In this document: positions 21,796 through 33,659 of the stretch, piece by piece
Position numbering within the stretch: position 1 is the stretch's first letter
Layout of the letters: each line of letters starts with the position of its first letter
The notes under the pieces: generated by a model
The model's database searches: none
What the model was told of the DNA's origin: nothing
Seen by the model: the letters and a program-made list of their open reading frames with translations, nothing else
NCBI GenBank assembly: GCA_963824995.1
Contig: CAWGRK010000001.1
Location: 139,094 to 203,093 of the forward strand
DNA: 64,000 bases
Direction: 5' to 3'
Source: an uncultured Actinomycetes bacterium
GTDB lineage: Bacteria; Actinomycetota; Acidimicrobiia; Spongiisociales; DATADW01
Made by a program: the position numbers and the translations under genes

Positions 21796-24267
21796 TCAGG
21801 GACGCTGCAGGCTGATGCGCGGATCGCTCGACAGCACGGGGCACCCCGGCTGGTTGAAGGGCACATAGACCACCCCGGGCCGGATCGAGGGGTCGATCCG
21901 CACCGGCATCTCGATGTCCCCGGCGGCGCCCCGCACCACCACCGGGTCGCCGTCATGGACCCGCATCCTCAGCGCGTCGTCGGGGTGGAGATGGGCGACG
22001 GCCCCAGGCGCCAGATTTCGCCAGGCTCGGGCCCATTCGCATCAGCACGCCGTCGTCGTACATCACTCTCGCCAGGTGGAGGGCGATGGGGATGGGCCGC
22101 GCTACCAGACCGGGGTCGGCCGGCGTGTAGGTGAGCGGCTGCTCGGCACCGTCGTGGGGCACGATCACCCCATCGCGTCCCTCGAAGTCGAGGAGGTCCC
22201 AGGTGACCCCGCGGTAGGCGGGCGCAACCTCGGCTATCTCCTTGGCGATCCCCTCCGCCGAGCCGAGCCCGAGAGGTGCCCCCATCCGTCGCTGCGAGGT
22301 CGTCGAGCACCGACCAGTCGGAACGGGTCTGACCGGGACCGGACACCACCCTGTTGACCCGTTGCACCCGGCCTTCGAGGTTCGTCACCGTCCCGTCCTT
22401 CTCGGCGAACCCCTCGACGGGGAGGACCACGTCGGCGAGGCGCGAGGAGTCGGTGAGGAACTGGTCGAGCGCCACCACGAACCCTGCGGCCGCCAGCGCC
22501 TCGGCGGCGAGCGGGCCATGGGCCACATCGCGCACCGGGTCGGCACCCACCAGGAGCAGAGCATGCATGGTCCGCTCGCGCAGTCCATCGAGGATGCCGA
22601 CGCAGTCTTTCCCGGTACCGTCGGGTACGAACCCCCATGGCCGTCGCCAACTCGGCGGCCGCCGGCGAGGAAGCCTCGAGCCGCCCGGGGAGAAGACCGG
22701 GCGCCAGCCCCATGTCGAGAGCGCCGAAGGTGTTGGCCCGTCGCACCAAGGGCAGCACCTTCGACCCTTCCAGTCCGAGGACGAAGGCCGCCACCGCCTC
22801 CGCCAGTAGGGGATCGTCGGTGTACCCGGCGCGGCCCAGCAGTGCGACCGCCCCGCCCTCCAGTGCTCGGCGGGCGTCGGCGAAATCGCCCTCACCCTCG
22901 GCCAGCCGGCGGAGAGTCTCGGGACCTTCTCCGGGCCGGTAGTCGAACTTCCAGGTGGCCCGGTCGTCGAGACCGGTGCGCCGCGGGTGGACCACGATCA
23001 GAGGGACGTCCACGCTCCTGGGCGGCCCGCCGGACCCGCAGGTAGAGGCTGCCCATCTCCTCCTTGAGGTCCGGTCCCCAGAGGAGGATGGCGCCCGCCT
23101 GTCCACGTCGGCGATCCGGGCTCGGCGCTCCACACCCACCAGAAGCCGTGGGTCGAGACCGTCGTCCATTTGGGCATCGACGTTGTCGGTACGCGACCGT
23201 CACCCGGAGGAACTTGGAGAGGGCATACGCGTCCTCGTTGGTGCCACGGGCACCGCCCAGCGCCGCCACCGCCGATCCATCGTGCTGCTCGATCACCTCA
23301 CCCAGCCGACGGCGCCACCAGGTCGAGCGCATCCCCCCATGCGGCGACGGCCAGTTCACCGTCTTCGCCGCGGATCAAGGGCTCGGTGAGACGGTCGGAG
23401 GAGTGGACATGCTCGAAACCGAAACGCTCCTTGTCGGTGAGCCATCCCTGGTTGGTGCCGTCGTGGTCGATGGCGTTGCACCGCAGGACCCTGTTCTGGC
23501 TCGTCTGGACGACATCCGTGCAGTGCACGGTGTCGTGCACCGAGCAACTCTCCACCATCCGCAGGTCCCAGGGACGGGCGCGGAACCGGTACGGGGTGGC
23601 GGTGAGCGCCCCCACCGGGCAGATCTGGACCGTGTTCCCCGAGTAGTAGGAACGGAACGGCTCGTCGGGGAAGGTGTTGACCTGGGTGCCGTACCCGCGG
23701 TCCTGGAACTCGATCAGCGGGTCACCGGATATCTCCTCGGAGAAACGGGTGCAGCGGGCGCAGAGGATGCACCGCTCCCGGTCGAGCAGCACCAGGTCGG
23801 AGATCGGTATCGGCTTCTCGAAGTGCCGCTTCTCCTCGACGAACCGGCTCTCACCCGGTCCGTACGCCATGGTCTGGTCCTGTAGCGGGCACTCCCCACC
23901 GCGGTCACAGACCGGGCAGTCGAGCGGATGGTTGATGAGGAGGAACTCGAGGATCCCCTCCTGGGCCTTCTTGACGGTGTCCGAGTTGGTGATCACCGAC
24001 ATGCCCTCGGCCACCTTGGTGGTGCAGGCGGTCGTCATCACGACCCCGCGGGGGGTCTCCAATTCGACAAGGCACATCCGGCACATGCCCACCGGGTTCA
24101 TCCGCGGGTGCCAGCAGAACCTGGGGATGTAGTTGCCCACCTGCTGGGCGGCCTCGATCACCAGTGAGTTCTCGGCCGCGTCGACCGGGCGCCCGTCGAT
24201 CTCGATCGGGAACCGTGGTCGGGCCCGTGTCCTCCACGGGGATGTCCGCACCTCCGCTGCTGGTCAT
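21796..24267 (-). CDS. nuoG: NADH-quinone oxidoreductase subunit G (several frameshifts)
   Basis: PRFCWH...MCRMCLVE, NHPLDCPVCDRGGECPLQDQ, CILCARC, ICPVGALT and AEKDGTVTNLEGRVQR. Confidence 0.93.
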
Positions 24268-25560
24268 GCGAGCGGACACCGTCCTTCGTGGATATGGGCT
24301 TGCGCCTCGTCTTTGAAGTACCTCATCAGAGAGGTGATCGGCGACACCGCCGATGGGCCCAGGGCGCAGATCGTGGTCATGGCGGGTGGCCAGCGGAGAC
24401 CCGGGCTGATGTTGTCAGAGACATCGAGCAGGACGTCGAGGTCGATCTCCCGCCCGTTGCCGGACTCGATCCGGGTGAGGATCATCTCCATCCAGGTGGT
24501 GCCTTCTCGGCAGGGGGTGCATTGGCCGCATGACTCGTGGGCGAAGAAGCGGACCAGCCGCTCGGCGGCGCGCACCATGCATGTGGTGTCGTCCATCACC
24601 ACCACCGCGCTCGATCCCAACATCGAGCCCGCCTGGGCGCAGGCGTCCTTGGTGATGGGCAGGTCGAGATGGTCGGTGGGGACGAACCAGGGGGAGGAGG
24701 CGCCTCCAGGTATCCACGCCTTCAGCTCGTTGTCGTCGCGCATCCCCCCCGCCACTTCGAAGATCAGCTCCCGCCAGCGTGGGGCCGTGGGGAAGCTCGT
24801 AGTTGCCCGGTCGGCGAACGTGCCCCGACACCGAGAACATGAAGGTGCCGGTGTCCACCGGGTCACCCAGTACCCGAAAAGCGTCGGGGCCCATCTCCAG
24901 GACGTGTGGGAGGTTCGAGATGGTCTCGACGTTGTTGACGATGGTGGGCTTCATGTAGAGCCCGATCGCAGCGGGAAGTAGGGCGGCTTGAGCCGGGGCT
25001 CGCCGCGCTGGCCTTCGAGGCTGTTGATCAGCGCGGTCTCCTCGCCGCAGATGTAGGCACCGGCGCCGAGATGGACGGTCAGTTCGAGGTCGAAGTCGCT
25101 CCCGAAGATCCCCGGTTCCGAGATAGCCGGAGGCGTACGCCTCCTCCACCGCTTGCTGCAGCCGACGGGCCGGCTTGGGGTATTCGCCACGGATGTAGAC
25201 GAAGGCGTGGTGCACCTCGTTGGCGATGGCGCAGATGATCATCCCGTCGACCAACTGGTGGGGATCCCGCTCCAGCAACTGCCGGTCCTTGAAGGTGCCC
25301 GGCTCGGACTCGTCGGCGTTGACCACCAGATAGGCGGGCCGGTCCTTGCCGAGGAAGCTCCACTTCATCCCGGCGGGGAAGGCGGCACCTCCGCGGCCCA
25401 GTAGTCCCGACGCCTTGGCCAACTCGACTAGCTCGTCCCTCGACATCCCAACGGCTCGCCGGGCCTGCTCGTAACCCTCGGTGGCCAGATAGCGGTCGAG
25501 GGTGTTGCTGTCCGCCGGGTACTCGGTCATCCGGGCGGTCACGACGAGCGGCCTGTTCAC
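24264..25560 (-). CDS. nuoF: NADH-quinone oxidoreductase subunit F (frameshifted)
   Basis: [36 protein letters not shown] and [13 protein letters not shown]. Confidence 0.95.
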
Positions 25561-26178
25561 TCCCGCCTCCTCTTCAACCACCGTCCCGAAAGGTTGGAAG
25601 GCGGGGACCGGCCCGGAAACGCCAAGGCGGTCCTTGATCGCCCAGTCGAAAGACGTGGCCCCACCGAACCGACGCTGCAGATCCTCGGCCACGATCACCT
25701 CGGGCTCTTCGGCCAGTAGCCAGGCGACCATCGCCTCGGCGCGCTCGGGGGTCAGGCCCTCGACCAACTCGTAGTTGATCTGGACGGCGGGGGCACCGCC
25801 GCAGGCGCCGATGCACTCGACGTGCTCCACCGACACCCGGCCATCGGCGCTGGTCTCGCCGTGGGGCACCCCGGTGACCTCCTCGACTGCGTGGAGGACG
25901 TCGTCCCCACCGAGCAGCATGCAGCTGATCGAGGTGCACACCGACACCAGGTAGCGGCCGACCTCGGGTTTGTACATGGTGTAGAAGCTGGCAACAGCGA
26001 GAACCTGCGCCGGGGTCTGCCCGGTGAGCTCGGCGACCTGGGCCATCCCTTCGCGGGTGAGCCGGCCGTCGTGACGCATGGCCAGATAGAGAAGGGGCAT
26101 CGTCGCCGAGCGCTTCTCCGGGTAGGAGGCGATCAGCGCGGCGGCCCGCTCCAGCGTCTGGGGCGACCAGCGGCTCAC
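25557..26178 (-). CDS. nuoE: NADH-quinone oxidoreductase subunit E (reads into nuoF as assembled)
   Basis: VASFYTMY, VCTSISC and ECIGACGGAP supply the 2Fe-2S ligands. Confidence 0.92.
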
Positions 26179-26259
26179 TGCGTGGAGACTAGAGAGCGCT
26201 CTGGGGGTCTCCCAATCACAAGTCGGCAATGAAAGCCTCACCGGGAGGGGCAGACCCGG

Positions 26260-27927
26260 TCAGTCGGTCAAGGTGCGCGCCGTGGCGAGGTCGGGGGCGA
26301 TTCCCCACCAGACGTTTGGTCCGTCGCAGGCGACGACGGCGCTGCGGCCGCTGTCCTCTCTTGCTGCTCGCTCCCGCTCACCCTCGGTGTCGGACTCGCT
26401 GGCGTCGGGGAAAGCGGCACGCTCCAGGGCGAGCACGGTGTCGCACAACGGTGCCGAGCCCTCACCGCCGTCGACCATGGTGACGGATACCGCGCTGTCG
26501 TCGCCATCTGTCCAGAGGACTATCTCTCCCCCATCCCACGCCGCGGCCCGCTCCTTGGCATCGGTCAAGGCCGCTTCCCGATCCCCACCCGGCGATCGGG
26601 CGAGCAGGTAGAGGTCGGCGGCACCGAAGGTGGTGCGGCGCTGCTCCTCCCAGGTCCCGCCGGGGCGTCCGCTCCCGGGTGCGGTGCTCGCCTCGTATGC
26701 GGCGAGATAACGCTCGGGGAACATCACCTCGGACGTAGTGAGGGGCGGTTGGTCGTAGGCGGCATCCACCGCTTCCAAACCGCCGTCGGCCATCAAGGCG
26801 CAGGTCAGCCCGAGGCCCTCGTTGTAGGGGAACTGAACCGCATCGCCAAGGTACGGGGGCAGCGATTCGAGGTCCTGCTGGGCACCGAGGACGGACGGGT
26901 CGAGCAGCGAGCCCATCAGAGCCATGGGGTCGAGCGCCCCGCCGGCGTAGCGCTGCATCGCCACCGTGGCGTCTCCCTCGACGAGCGAGAGGGCGGCGAG
27001 TGCCTGGTCGGGGTCGGCGGCATCGTCCTCCACCGCCGCGGGGAAGGAAAGCACCTGGTCGGTGAGCGCGTGCGTCTGCTCGTGGGCGAGCGCGACCTGG
27101 TCGATGGCGGCGAGGGTCTCGCCTTCGCTGCCCGTCCTGACCACCAGCTCGCCGGTATCGGGGTCGTAGAAACCGGCGACGCCGCTCCCCAGCATCTCGG
27201 ACTGTGCCTCGACCAGATCGGTCCCAAGGGGAATGGCACCGAGCGCCGCCAGGATGCGCGCATCCTGATCGGCGACGTCCGCCGGATAGTCCTCGGCGAC
27301 GATGGCGGCGATGCGGTCCTCCATCCCGGCGGAGTCCACGAATGTCGGAGTGACTTCGGAAGTGAACTCCAACTGTCGGATCTGCTCGACCGCATCTGCG
27401 ATCGAGGCCACCTGCGCCTCGAGCGAACTGGCGTCGATCTCGAGCTCCGTCTCGCCACCGAGCAGGCATGACGGGTCGATGCCGCCCTGGCCACCGAGCA
27501 GGCCTTCGAGACCGGAGGTGCCTCCTTCACCGCCGAGCAGGCCCCCGAGCAGATCTTCCATCGACCCGGCGTCGCCACCGAGCAGGCCCCCGAGGAGATC
27601 TTCCAGCGATTCAGCGTCGCCGCCACCGAGCAGGCCCCCGAGAAGATCTTCCAGCGACCCCTCTTCTCCGCCGCCGAGCAGACCGCCCAGGAGATCCTCG
27701 ACCGGTGGCTCCGCTTCCGCCTCGGCGAGGCGGGCCTCCAGGTCGGCGATCTGCGCTTCCTGCTCGGCCACCTGCGCTTCGAGAGCTTCGATCCGCTCTT
27801 CGGCGGCTGTCAGGCTTTGCTGCCTGTCGTAGCCCCAGACGGCGGCGCCTACCAGTGCCAGCACCAGCACGATCGATACCACGATGGCCGATACCGGCCA
27901 CCGCTGATTGCTCGGGGGAGTCGTCAC
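26260..27927 (-). CDS. Membrane-anchored putative zincin metalloprotease with coiled coil and EDLLGGLLGG repeats
   Basis: N-terminal TM; coiled coil; GFYDP; AHEQTHALTDQ (HExxH); LVEGDA; FPYNEG. Confidence 0.75.
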   Translation of the reverse strand: MTTPPSNQRWPVSAIVVSIVLVLALVGAAVWGYDRQQSLTAAEERIEALEAQVAEQEAQIADLEARLAEAEAEPPVEDLLGGLLGGGEEGSLEDLLGGLLGGGDAESLEDLLGGLLGGDAGSMEDLLGGLLGGEGGTSGLEGLLGGQGGIDPSCLLGGETELEIDASSLEAQVASIADAVEQIRQLEFTSEVTPTFVDSAGMEDRIAAIVAEDYPADVADQDARILAALGAIPLGTDLVEAQSEMLGSGVAGFYDPDTGELVVRTGSEGETLAAIDQVALAHEQTHALTDQVLSFPAAVEDDAADPDQALAALSLVEGDATVAMQRYAGGALDPMALMGSLLDPSVLGAQQDLESLPPYLGDAVQFPYNEGLGLTCALMADGGLEAVDAAYDQPPLTTSEVMFPERYLAAYEASTAPGSGRPGGTWEEQRRTTFGAADLYLLARSPGGDREAALTDAKERAAAWDGGEIVLWTDGDDSAVSVTMVDGGEGSAPLCDTVLALERAAFPDASESDTEGERERAAREDSGRSAVVACDGPNVWWGIAPDLATARTLTD

Positions 27928-27985
27928 GGTCGAGCAGCGTATCTGGACACGGTCGCTATATCGGCCGGTAGCGTGGCAACCCCAT

Positions 27986-28008
27986 GCTGGTGGAGCGGGA
28001 CCACCAGC
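27986..28008 (-). terminator. GC hairpin downstream of nuoD, possible terminator
   Basis: GCTGGTGG-N7-CCACCAGC 8-bp stem about 55 nt after the nuoD stop; no U-tract. Confidence 0.35.
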
Positions 28009-28061
28009 TGGCTCGGCTTCACGATCTACGTAGTGCTGCCGTCGCTCGGAGGCGGAGATAC

Positions 28062-29450
28062 CTAGCGGTCGACGTCTCCCATCACCGGGTCGAGCGAAGC
28101 GATGGTGGCCACGGTGTCGGCGACCAGCGAGTCGGCCATCATGATGGGGAGGGCTTGGAGGTTGGCGAAGGACGGGGCGCGGATGTGGCACCGCCATGGC
28201 TTGGCGCTGCCGTCGGAGACGATGTAGCACCCCAACTCACCACGAGGAGACTCGACCGCCTCGTAGACCTCGCCCTCGGGAACCTTGAAACCCTCGGTGA
28301 AGATCTTGAAGTGGTGGATCAGCGCCTCCATCGACTCGTCGATCCGGGCCCGCGGTGGTGGCGTCACCTTGCGATCCTCGGTACGCCAGTCGCCGAGGGG
28401 CATCCGCTCCGCCACCTGACGCGCGATCCGAAGCGACTGAAGGATCTCCTCGACACGGATCAGATAGCGGTCGTAGACGTCGCCGTTCTCACCGGTGATC
28501 ACATCGAAGTCGTACTGCTCGATGCCGGAGTAGGGCTGGGTCTTGCGGAGGTCCCAATCCACGCCTGCCGAGCGGAGGGTCGGCCCAGTGATCCCGTAGC
28601 CGAGGCACTCCTCGGGGGTGATCACCCCGATGTGTCGGGTTCGCTCCAGCCAGATCGGATTGTGCTTGAGCAGGTCGTCGTACTCGCCCAGCTTGGCGGG
28701 GAGGATCTCGATGATGTCCTCGACGTCGTCTTCCCACCCGGGTGGCAGGTCCGCAGCCACTCCTCCCGGACGGATGTAGTTGTGGTTCATCCGCAAACCC
28801 GTGACCTTCTCGAAGAAGGCGAGGACCGTCTCCCGTTCGCGGAATCCGTAGAGCATCATCGAGATGGCGCCGATGTCCATCCCGTTGGTGGCAAGGGCGA
28901 CGAGATGGCTCGACACCCGGTTGAGCTCGGTCATGAGGATCCGTATCGCCTGGGCGCGGGGCGGAACCTCAATCTCGAGCAGACGCTCCACCGCCATCGA
29001 GAAGACCAACTCGTTGTGGAGCGGCGCCAGGTAGTCCATCCGGGTGACGTTGGTGGGTCCCTGGAGGTACGTGAGGGTCTCTCCCGTCTTCTCCATCCCG
29101 GTGTGGAGATAGCCGATGATCGGCTTGGTCCGCCTGATGATCTCCCCCTCCAACTCGACCTGGAGCCGGAGGACGCCGTGGGTCGAGGGGTGCTGGGGCC
29201 CCATGTTGACGATCATGCGCTCGTCGTCGGGTGATTCGGACTCGATGATGTAGTCGTCACCTACGACGGTGCCCAACTGCTCGGCGAGCCGGGCGCCGGA
29301 CTCCACCTGCTCCATCTCCTGGCTGCCTTCGTCGGTGGAGCGGAGCATCCAATCGCTCTCCTCGCTCCCCGCCACCCACATGTCGGCGACCCGGGTCTCG
29401 GGCGGATCTTCGACCGCGGTGGTGACGTCTCGGTCGTCTTCGCTGGACAT
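28062..29450 (-). CDS. nuoD: NADH-quinone oxidoreductase subunit D
   Basis: NMGPQHPSTHGVLRL, IGYLHTGMEK, ESPRGELG and DPVMGDVDR. Confidence 0.96.
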   Translation of the reverse strand: MSSEDDRDVTTAVEDPPETRVADMWVAGSEESDWMLRSTDEGSQEMEQVESGARLAEQLGTVVGDDYIIESESPDDERMIVNMGPQHPSTHGVLRLQVELEGEIIRRTKPIIGYLHTGMEKTGETLTYLQGPTNVTRMDYLAPLHNELVFSMAVERLLEIEVPPRAQAIRILMTELNRVSSHLVALATNGMDIGAISMMLYGFRERETVLAFFEKVTGLRMNHNYIRPGGVAADLPPGWEDDVEDIIEILPAKLGEYDDLLKHNPIWLERTRHIGVITPEECLGYGITGPTLRSAGVDWDLRKTQPYSGIEQYDFDVITGENGDVYDRYLIRVEEILQSLRIARQVAERMPLGDWRTEDRKVTPPPRARIDESMEALIHHFKIFTEGFKVPEGEVYEAVESPRGELGCYIVSDGSAKPWRCHIRAPSFANLQALPIMMADSLVADTVATIASLDPVMGDVDR

Positions 29451-29976
29451 CACACCACCTTGGGAGCGCCCTTGAACTGCACCGGGACCGCCCCCACCTG
29501 ATAGTCCTTGCGCAGTGGGTGGCCGATCCATTCGTCGGGCATCAGGATCCGTGTCATGTCCGGATGGTCGGTGAACTCGATCCCGAACATGTCGAACACC
29601 TCCCGCTCGAAGAAGTTGGCACCGGGCCAGATCGGAGTCAGCGAGGGAATCTCCGGCTCGTCGGCGGGCACCGGGACACGCAGCCGGAGGCGCAGGTTGT
29701 GACGGTGAGACAGAAGGCCCGCCACCACCTCGAAGCGGATCGGCCTGGTGCGAAGGAAGTCGACCGCGGTCACGTCGACGCATACCTCGAAACCGGTGTC
29801 ACGCGCCGACTCGGCCAACCGTTGGAGCGTCTCTCGGGGCACCACCGCCACGTTCTGACCGAGCGATGGCGCCCACTCGACATCCTCGAACGGCTCGAGC
29901 AGGTCGCGCAGAACGGGATGCTCTGGCAGTGCCCGGGCCGGTGGCTCTTCCTCGGTCGCAGTCTCGTTCGTAGTAG

Positions 29977-29980
<4 letters not shown>
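29450..29980 (-). CDS. nuoC: NADH-quinone oxidoreductase subunit C (start uncertain)
   Basis: [19 protein letters not shown] and GHPLRKDY. Confidence 0.92.
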
Positions 29981-30458
<478 letters not shown>

Positions 30459-30462
<4 letters not shown>

Positions 30463-30578
30463 CAGGCTGCTTCCTTGTTGGTGCGGGGGGACGACCCCCC
30501 TGCACCCCCCGACCGCGAACGGCTCGGGCACGGAACAACGGGGACGAGGGCGCTCGCATCCATCAGGCTGCTTCCTTG
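30459..30578. mobile_element. 82-bp palindromic insert flanked by a 19-bp direct repeat at the nuoA/nuoB junction
   Basis: CCATCAGGCTGCTTCCTTG at 30459-30477 and 30560-30578; internal hairpin GTGC-G6-ACGA-C6-T-GCAC at 30481-30505. Confidence 0.7.
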
Positions 30579-30976
30579 CCCGACTCGACCTGTGCCTGGT
30601 AACGGGCACGGCGAGGGACGTTCCAGTCGAGAGCCCCACGCCGCCATACGTAGACCAGCGTCTCCAGCACGAGGAGGGTGAAGATGCCGATCGCCACCAC
30701 TCCGTACCAACCGAGTTCGGTGAAGCGGGATGCCCAGGCGAACAGGAAGATGATCTCGACGTCGAAGATGACGAACAGCATCGCCACCAGATAGAACTTG
30801 ACCGGGAAGCGCTGCACCGGCTCGACCTCGGGGACGATCCCGCACTCGTACGGCGCCAGCTTCTCCGGCGTGGGCTTCTTGGGCGACAACAGGTAGGAAG
30901 CGCCGAGCGACACCGCCACGAAACCTGCGGCGAGCAGGAACATGAAGGCGATCGGGAGGTATTCGCCGAGCTCCAA
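30563..30976 (-). CDS. nuoA: NADH-quinone oxidoreductase subunit A
   Basis: [23 protein letters not shown] and RRGALDW. Confidence 0.95.
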   Translation of the reverse strand: MELGEYLPIAFMFLLAAGFVAVSLGASYLLSPKKPTPEKLAPYECGIVPEVEPVQRFPVKFYLVAMLFVIFDVEIIFLFAWASRFTELGWYGVVAIGIFTLLVLETLVYVWRRGALDWNVPRRARYQAQVESGKEAA

Positions 30977-31040
30977 AGTTCGCTCCTCTCTGATCCTCAG
31001 CCTAGGAACCGGGCAGGGTTAGCTCCAAGACCAGACCCAG

Positions 31041-31180
31041 GACGGCGGACGGCAGTCGGCAGACGGCAGACGGCAGGTAGTCATGCATCTTCTCGGACAC
31101 ATACCTGAAGGGGGGTGATGAGAGACCAGTCACCCCTCCTCTCGCTCCGCTCGCGCCACCCCCCACCGGGGGAGGGCTGA
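31041..31180. repeat. Composite element upstream of nuoA: degenerate (GACGGCR)5, CTCGCTCCGCTCGCGCC and a C/G-tract hairpin
   Basis: Array at 31041-31075; the 17-mer at 31141-31157 is the exact reverse complement of 15940-15956. Confidence 0.7.
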
Positions 31181-31271
31181 CGGTGAGATATCGGCTGGTA
31201 CCCACCAGGGTGGCTGCGTTCTCCGACCCGCGAGGCAAGCGCGCTCAATCGCATCATTTACCGTCGCTCCC

Positions 31272-32024
31272 GTGACCCCCGCTCATCCTCTCGCGGACAT
31301 AACGGGCCGAGATATCCGGTCGCGCTCCTTCGGCCAACTGGCGTCGACCTATCACGCCGGGCGGCCGGAGTATCCGCTGGAGGCGGTCCGCTGGGCGACG
31401 GCGGGCGGTAGGAGGGTGGTGGACCTCGGTGCCGGGACCGGGAAGCTGACCTCGGCGCTGCTGGCCTTGGGCCACTCGCCAGTGGCCGTCGAGCCTGACC
31501 CTCTGATGCGGGCCCAGTTGCGTCAGGCGGTGGCGGGGGTGTCGGCAGTTGCCGGGTCGGCTGAGGAGATCCCGCTTGCCCGGTCCTCGATGGATGCCGT
31601 GGTGGCGGGACAGGCAGCCCACTGGTTCGACATGCGCCGGGCGGTCCCGGAGATGGCACGGGTGATCCGACCCGGTGGGTCGCTCGGGCTGATCTGGAAC
31701 CGCATCGATCCAACGCGCCCGTGGGTTGTCCAGTTGGTGGCGATTCTCCGCGAGGTGAATGTCGGCCGCATCGGGCACGGCGCAGATCTGTCGGCGCTGC
31801 CCGAGACATGGTTCGACCGGCCGGTTCGGCGAACCTGGCGTTTCCGCCAGAGCCTCGACCGCTCGGCGCTCGTCGATCTGGTGGCAAGCCGTAGCTATGT
31901 GATGGCTCTCGACGAGAAGAACCTCCAGTCGATACTGGACAGGGTCGTCGCTCTGACGCCGGCGCAAGAGCGCTTCGATCTGCCCTACCGGTCCGAGGTG
32001 TGGCGTGCGTTTCGTCGGGGGTGA
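31272..32024 (+). CDS. Class I SAM-dependent methyltransferase
   Basis: GRPEYP, VVDLGAGTGKLT and GQAAHWFD. Confidence 0.9.
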   Translation: MTPAHPLADITGRDIRSRSFGQLASTYHAGRPEYPLEAVRWATAGGRRVVDLGAGTGKLTSALLALGHSPVAVEPDPLMRAQLRQAVAGVSAVAGSAEEIPLARSSMDAVVAGQAAHWFDMRRAVPEMARVIRPGGSLGLIWNRIDPTRPWVVQLVAILREVNVGRIGHGADLSALPETWFDRPVRRTWRFRQSLDRSALVDLVASRSYVMALDEKNLQSILDRVVALTPAQERFDLPYRSEVWRAFRRG

Positions 32025-32063
32025 TCGTGAAGGCAGATATTCCGCGCCGATGACTTCAGCGGC

Positions 32064-33659
32064 GTGCCAGCGTCACAACCGCAGATGGACACGCCAATGA
32101 GAGAGACGTCGGAGATCGGGCAGGCCACCCGGGCGGGGAGGCGGGAGTGGATCGGGCTCGCCGTGCTCGCCCTTGCCTGCCTTCTCTATTCGATGGACCT
32201 GACGGTCCTCCATTTGGCGGTCCCGGCGCTGAGCGCCGACCTCCGCCCCTCCGGCACCCAGCTGCTCTGGATCATCGATATCTACGGGTTCATGGTTGCC
32301 GGGTCACTGCTCACCATGGGGACACTGGGCGATCGGATCGGCAGGCGGCGGCTGTTGTTGATAGGGGCCGCCAGCTTCGGGGCCATGTCGCTTCTGGCCG
32401 CCTTCTCGGTCAGCGCCGAGATGCTCATCGTGAGCCGGGCCCTCATGGGTATCGCGGGGGCGACGCTGGCACCGGGGACGCTGTCGCTCATCTTCACCAT
32501 GTTCCGTAACCAGGCCCAGAGGGCCGTTGCCATAGGGGTCTGGATCACGGCATTCTCCGCCGGTGGTGCCATCGGTCCGGTTGCCGGCGGATTGCTGTTG
32601 GAGCGATTCTGGTGGGGCTCGGTGTTCTTACTCGCCCTCCCCGTGATGGCGCTGCTGCTGGTCCTCGGACCTCGTGTGCTCCCCGAGTACCGGGATCCCG
32701 AGGCGGGGGAACTCGATATCGCTTCGGCGGTGATGTCGTTGGTCGCCATCCTCGCCGTCATCTATGGATTGAAGGAGACGGCGCAACGTGGTTTCGACCC
32801 AGTCGCCATCCTGTCGATCGTCTTCGGTGTGGGCATGGGCATTCGCTTCGTGCTGCGCCAGGCGCAACTCGAGAGCCCTCTCATCGACATGTCGCTGTTT
32901 CGCATACGCCGGCTCAACGCGGCGCTCGTCACCAACCTGTTGGGGATATTCATCGCCTTCGGGTACTTCCTCTTCGTAGCGCAGTACCTCCAACTCGTCC
33001 TCGGGCTCACTCCGCTCGAAGCGGGTCTGTGGTCGCTTCCCTCAGCCGCCGGGTTCATCATCGGATCGAACGTCTCGCCCCACTTCGTCCACCGCTTCCG
33101 GCCATCCCTGGTGCTCGGCACCTCGCTGGCGGCAGCTTCGGGCGGCCTGCTCGTGCTCACCCAGGTAGGGACCGAGCAAGGCATTGGGCTGGTGGTCGTC
33201 GGCTCGGTGCTGATATCGCTGGCTCTCTCGCCCGTCTTCACTCTGACCACCGAGTTGGTGGTTGGAAGCGCACCGCCCGAGAAGGCCGGAGCCGCTTCGG
33301 GGATATCGGAGACCGGGGCCGAACTCGGCGGCGCCCTCGGGATCGCCATACTCGGAAGCATCGGCGCGGTGGTCTACCGCAGTGGTCTCGACACGCTCCC
33401 TGCCGATCTTGCAGGCCCAGCGGCGCGCGCCGTTCGCGAGACATTGGGAGCGGCCGTCGCCGTCTCGCAGGACCTTCCCGAGGCGCTGGGGACTGTGGTG
33501 CTCGAAACGGCGCGCCAGGCCTTCGTCCGGGGTATGCATGTGACGGCCGCGGTGAGTGCCGCTATCGCCCTCGGGTCGGGGATCCTCGCCGCTGTCCTGC
33601 TGCGGGGGGTGCCTGCCCGAGGATCGGAGGGCGAGGACCGACCTGGGGCATCACCGTGA
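32064..33659 (+). CDS. MFS drug/H+ antiporter (DHA2, QacA-like)
   Basis: DLTVLHLAVP, LLWIIDIY and GTLGDRIGRRRLLL; about 14 TM segments. Confidence 0.92.
   Translation: MPASQPQMDTPMRETSEIGQATRAGRREWIGLAVLALACLLYSMDLTVLHLAVPALSADLRPSGTQLLWIIDIYGFMVAGSLLTMGTLGDRIGRRRLLLIGAASFGAMSLLAAFSVSAEMLIVSRALMGIAGATLAPGTLSLIFTMFRNQAQRAVAIGVWITAFSAGGAIGPVAGGLLLERFWWGSVFLLALPVMALLLVLGPRVLPEYRDPEAGELDIASAVMSLVAILAVIYGLKETAQRGFDPVAILSIVFGVGMGIRFVLRQAQLESPLIDMSLFRIRRLNAALVTNLLGIFIAFGYFLFVAQYLQLVLGLTPLEAGLWSLPSAAGFIIGSNVSPHFVHRFRPSLVLGTSLAAASGGLLVLTQVGTEQGIGLVVVGSVLISLALSPVFTLTTELVVGSAPPEKAGAASGISETGAELGGALGIAILGSIGAVVYRSGLDTLPADLAGPAARAVRETLGAAVAVSQDLPEALGTVVLETARQAFVRGMHVTAAVSAAIALGSGILAAVLLRGVPARGSEGEDRPGASP

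Noticed and set aside
24415..26241. Apparent NuoE-NuoF fusion ORF
   Set aside because: The junction reads GAGGAGGCGGGAGTGAAC, an SD followed by a GTGA stop/start overlap. A single indel in the nuoE tail explains the read-through.
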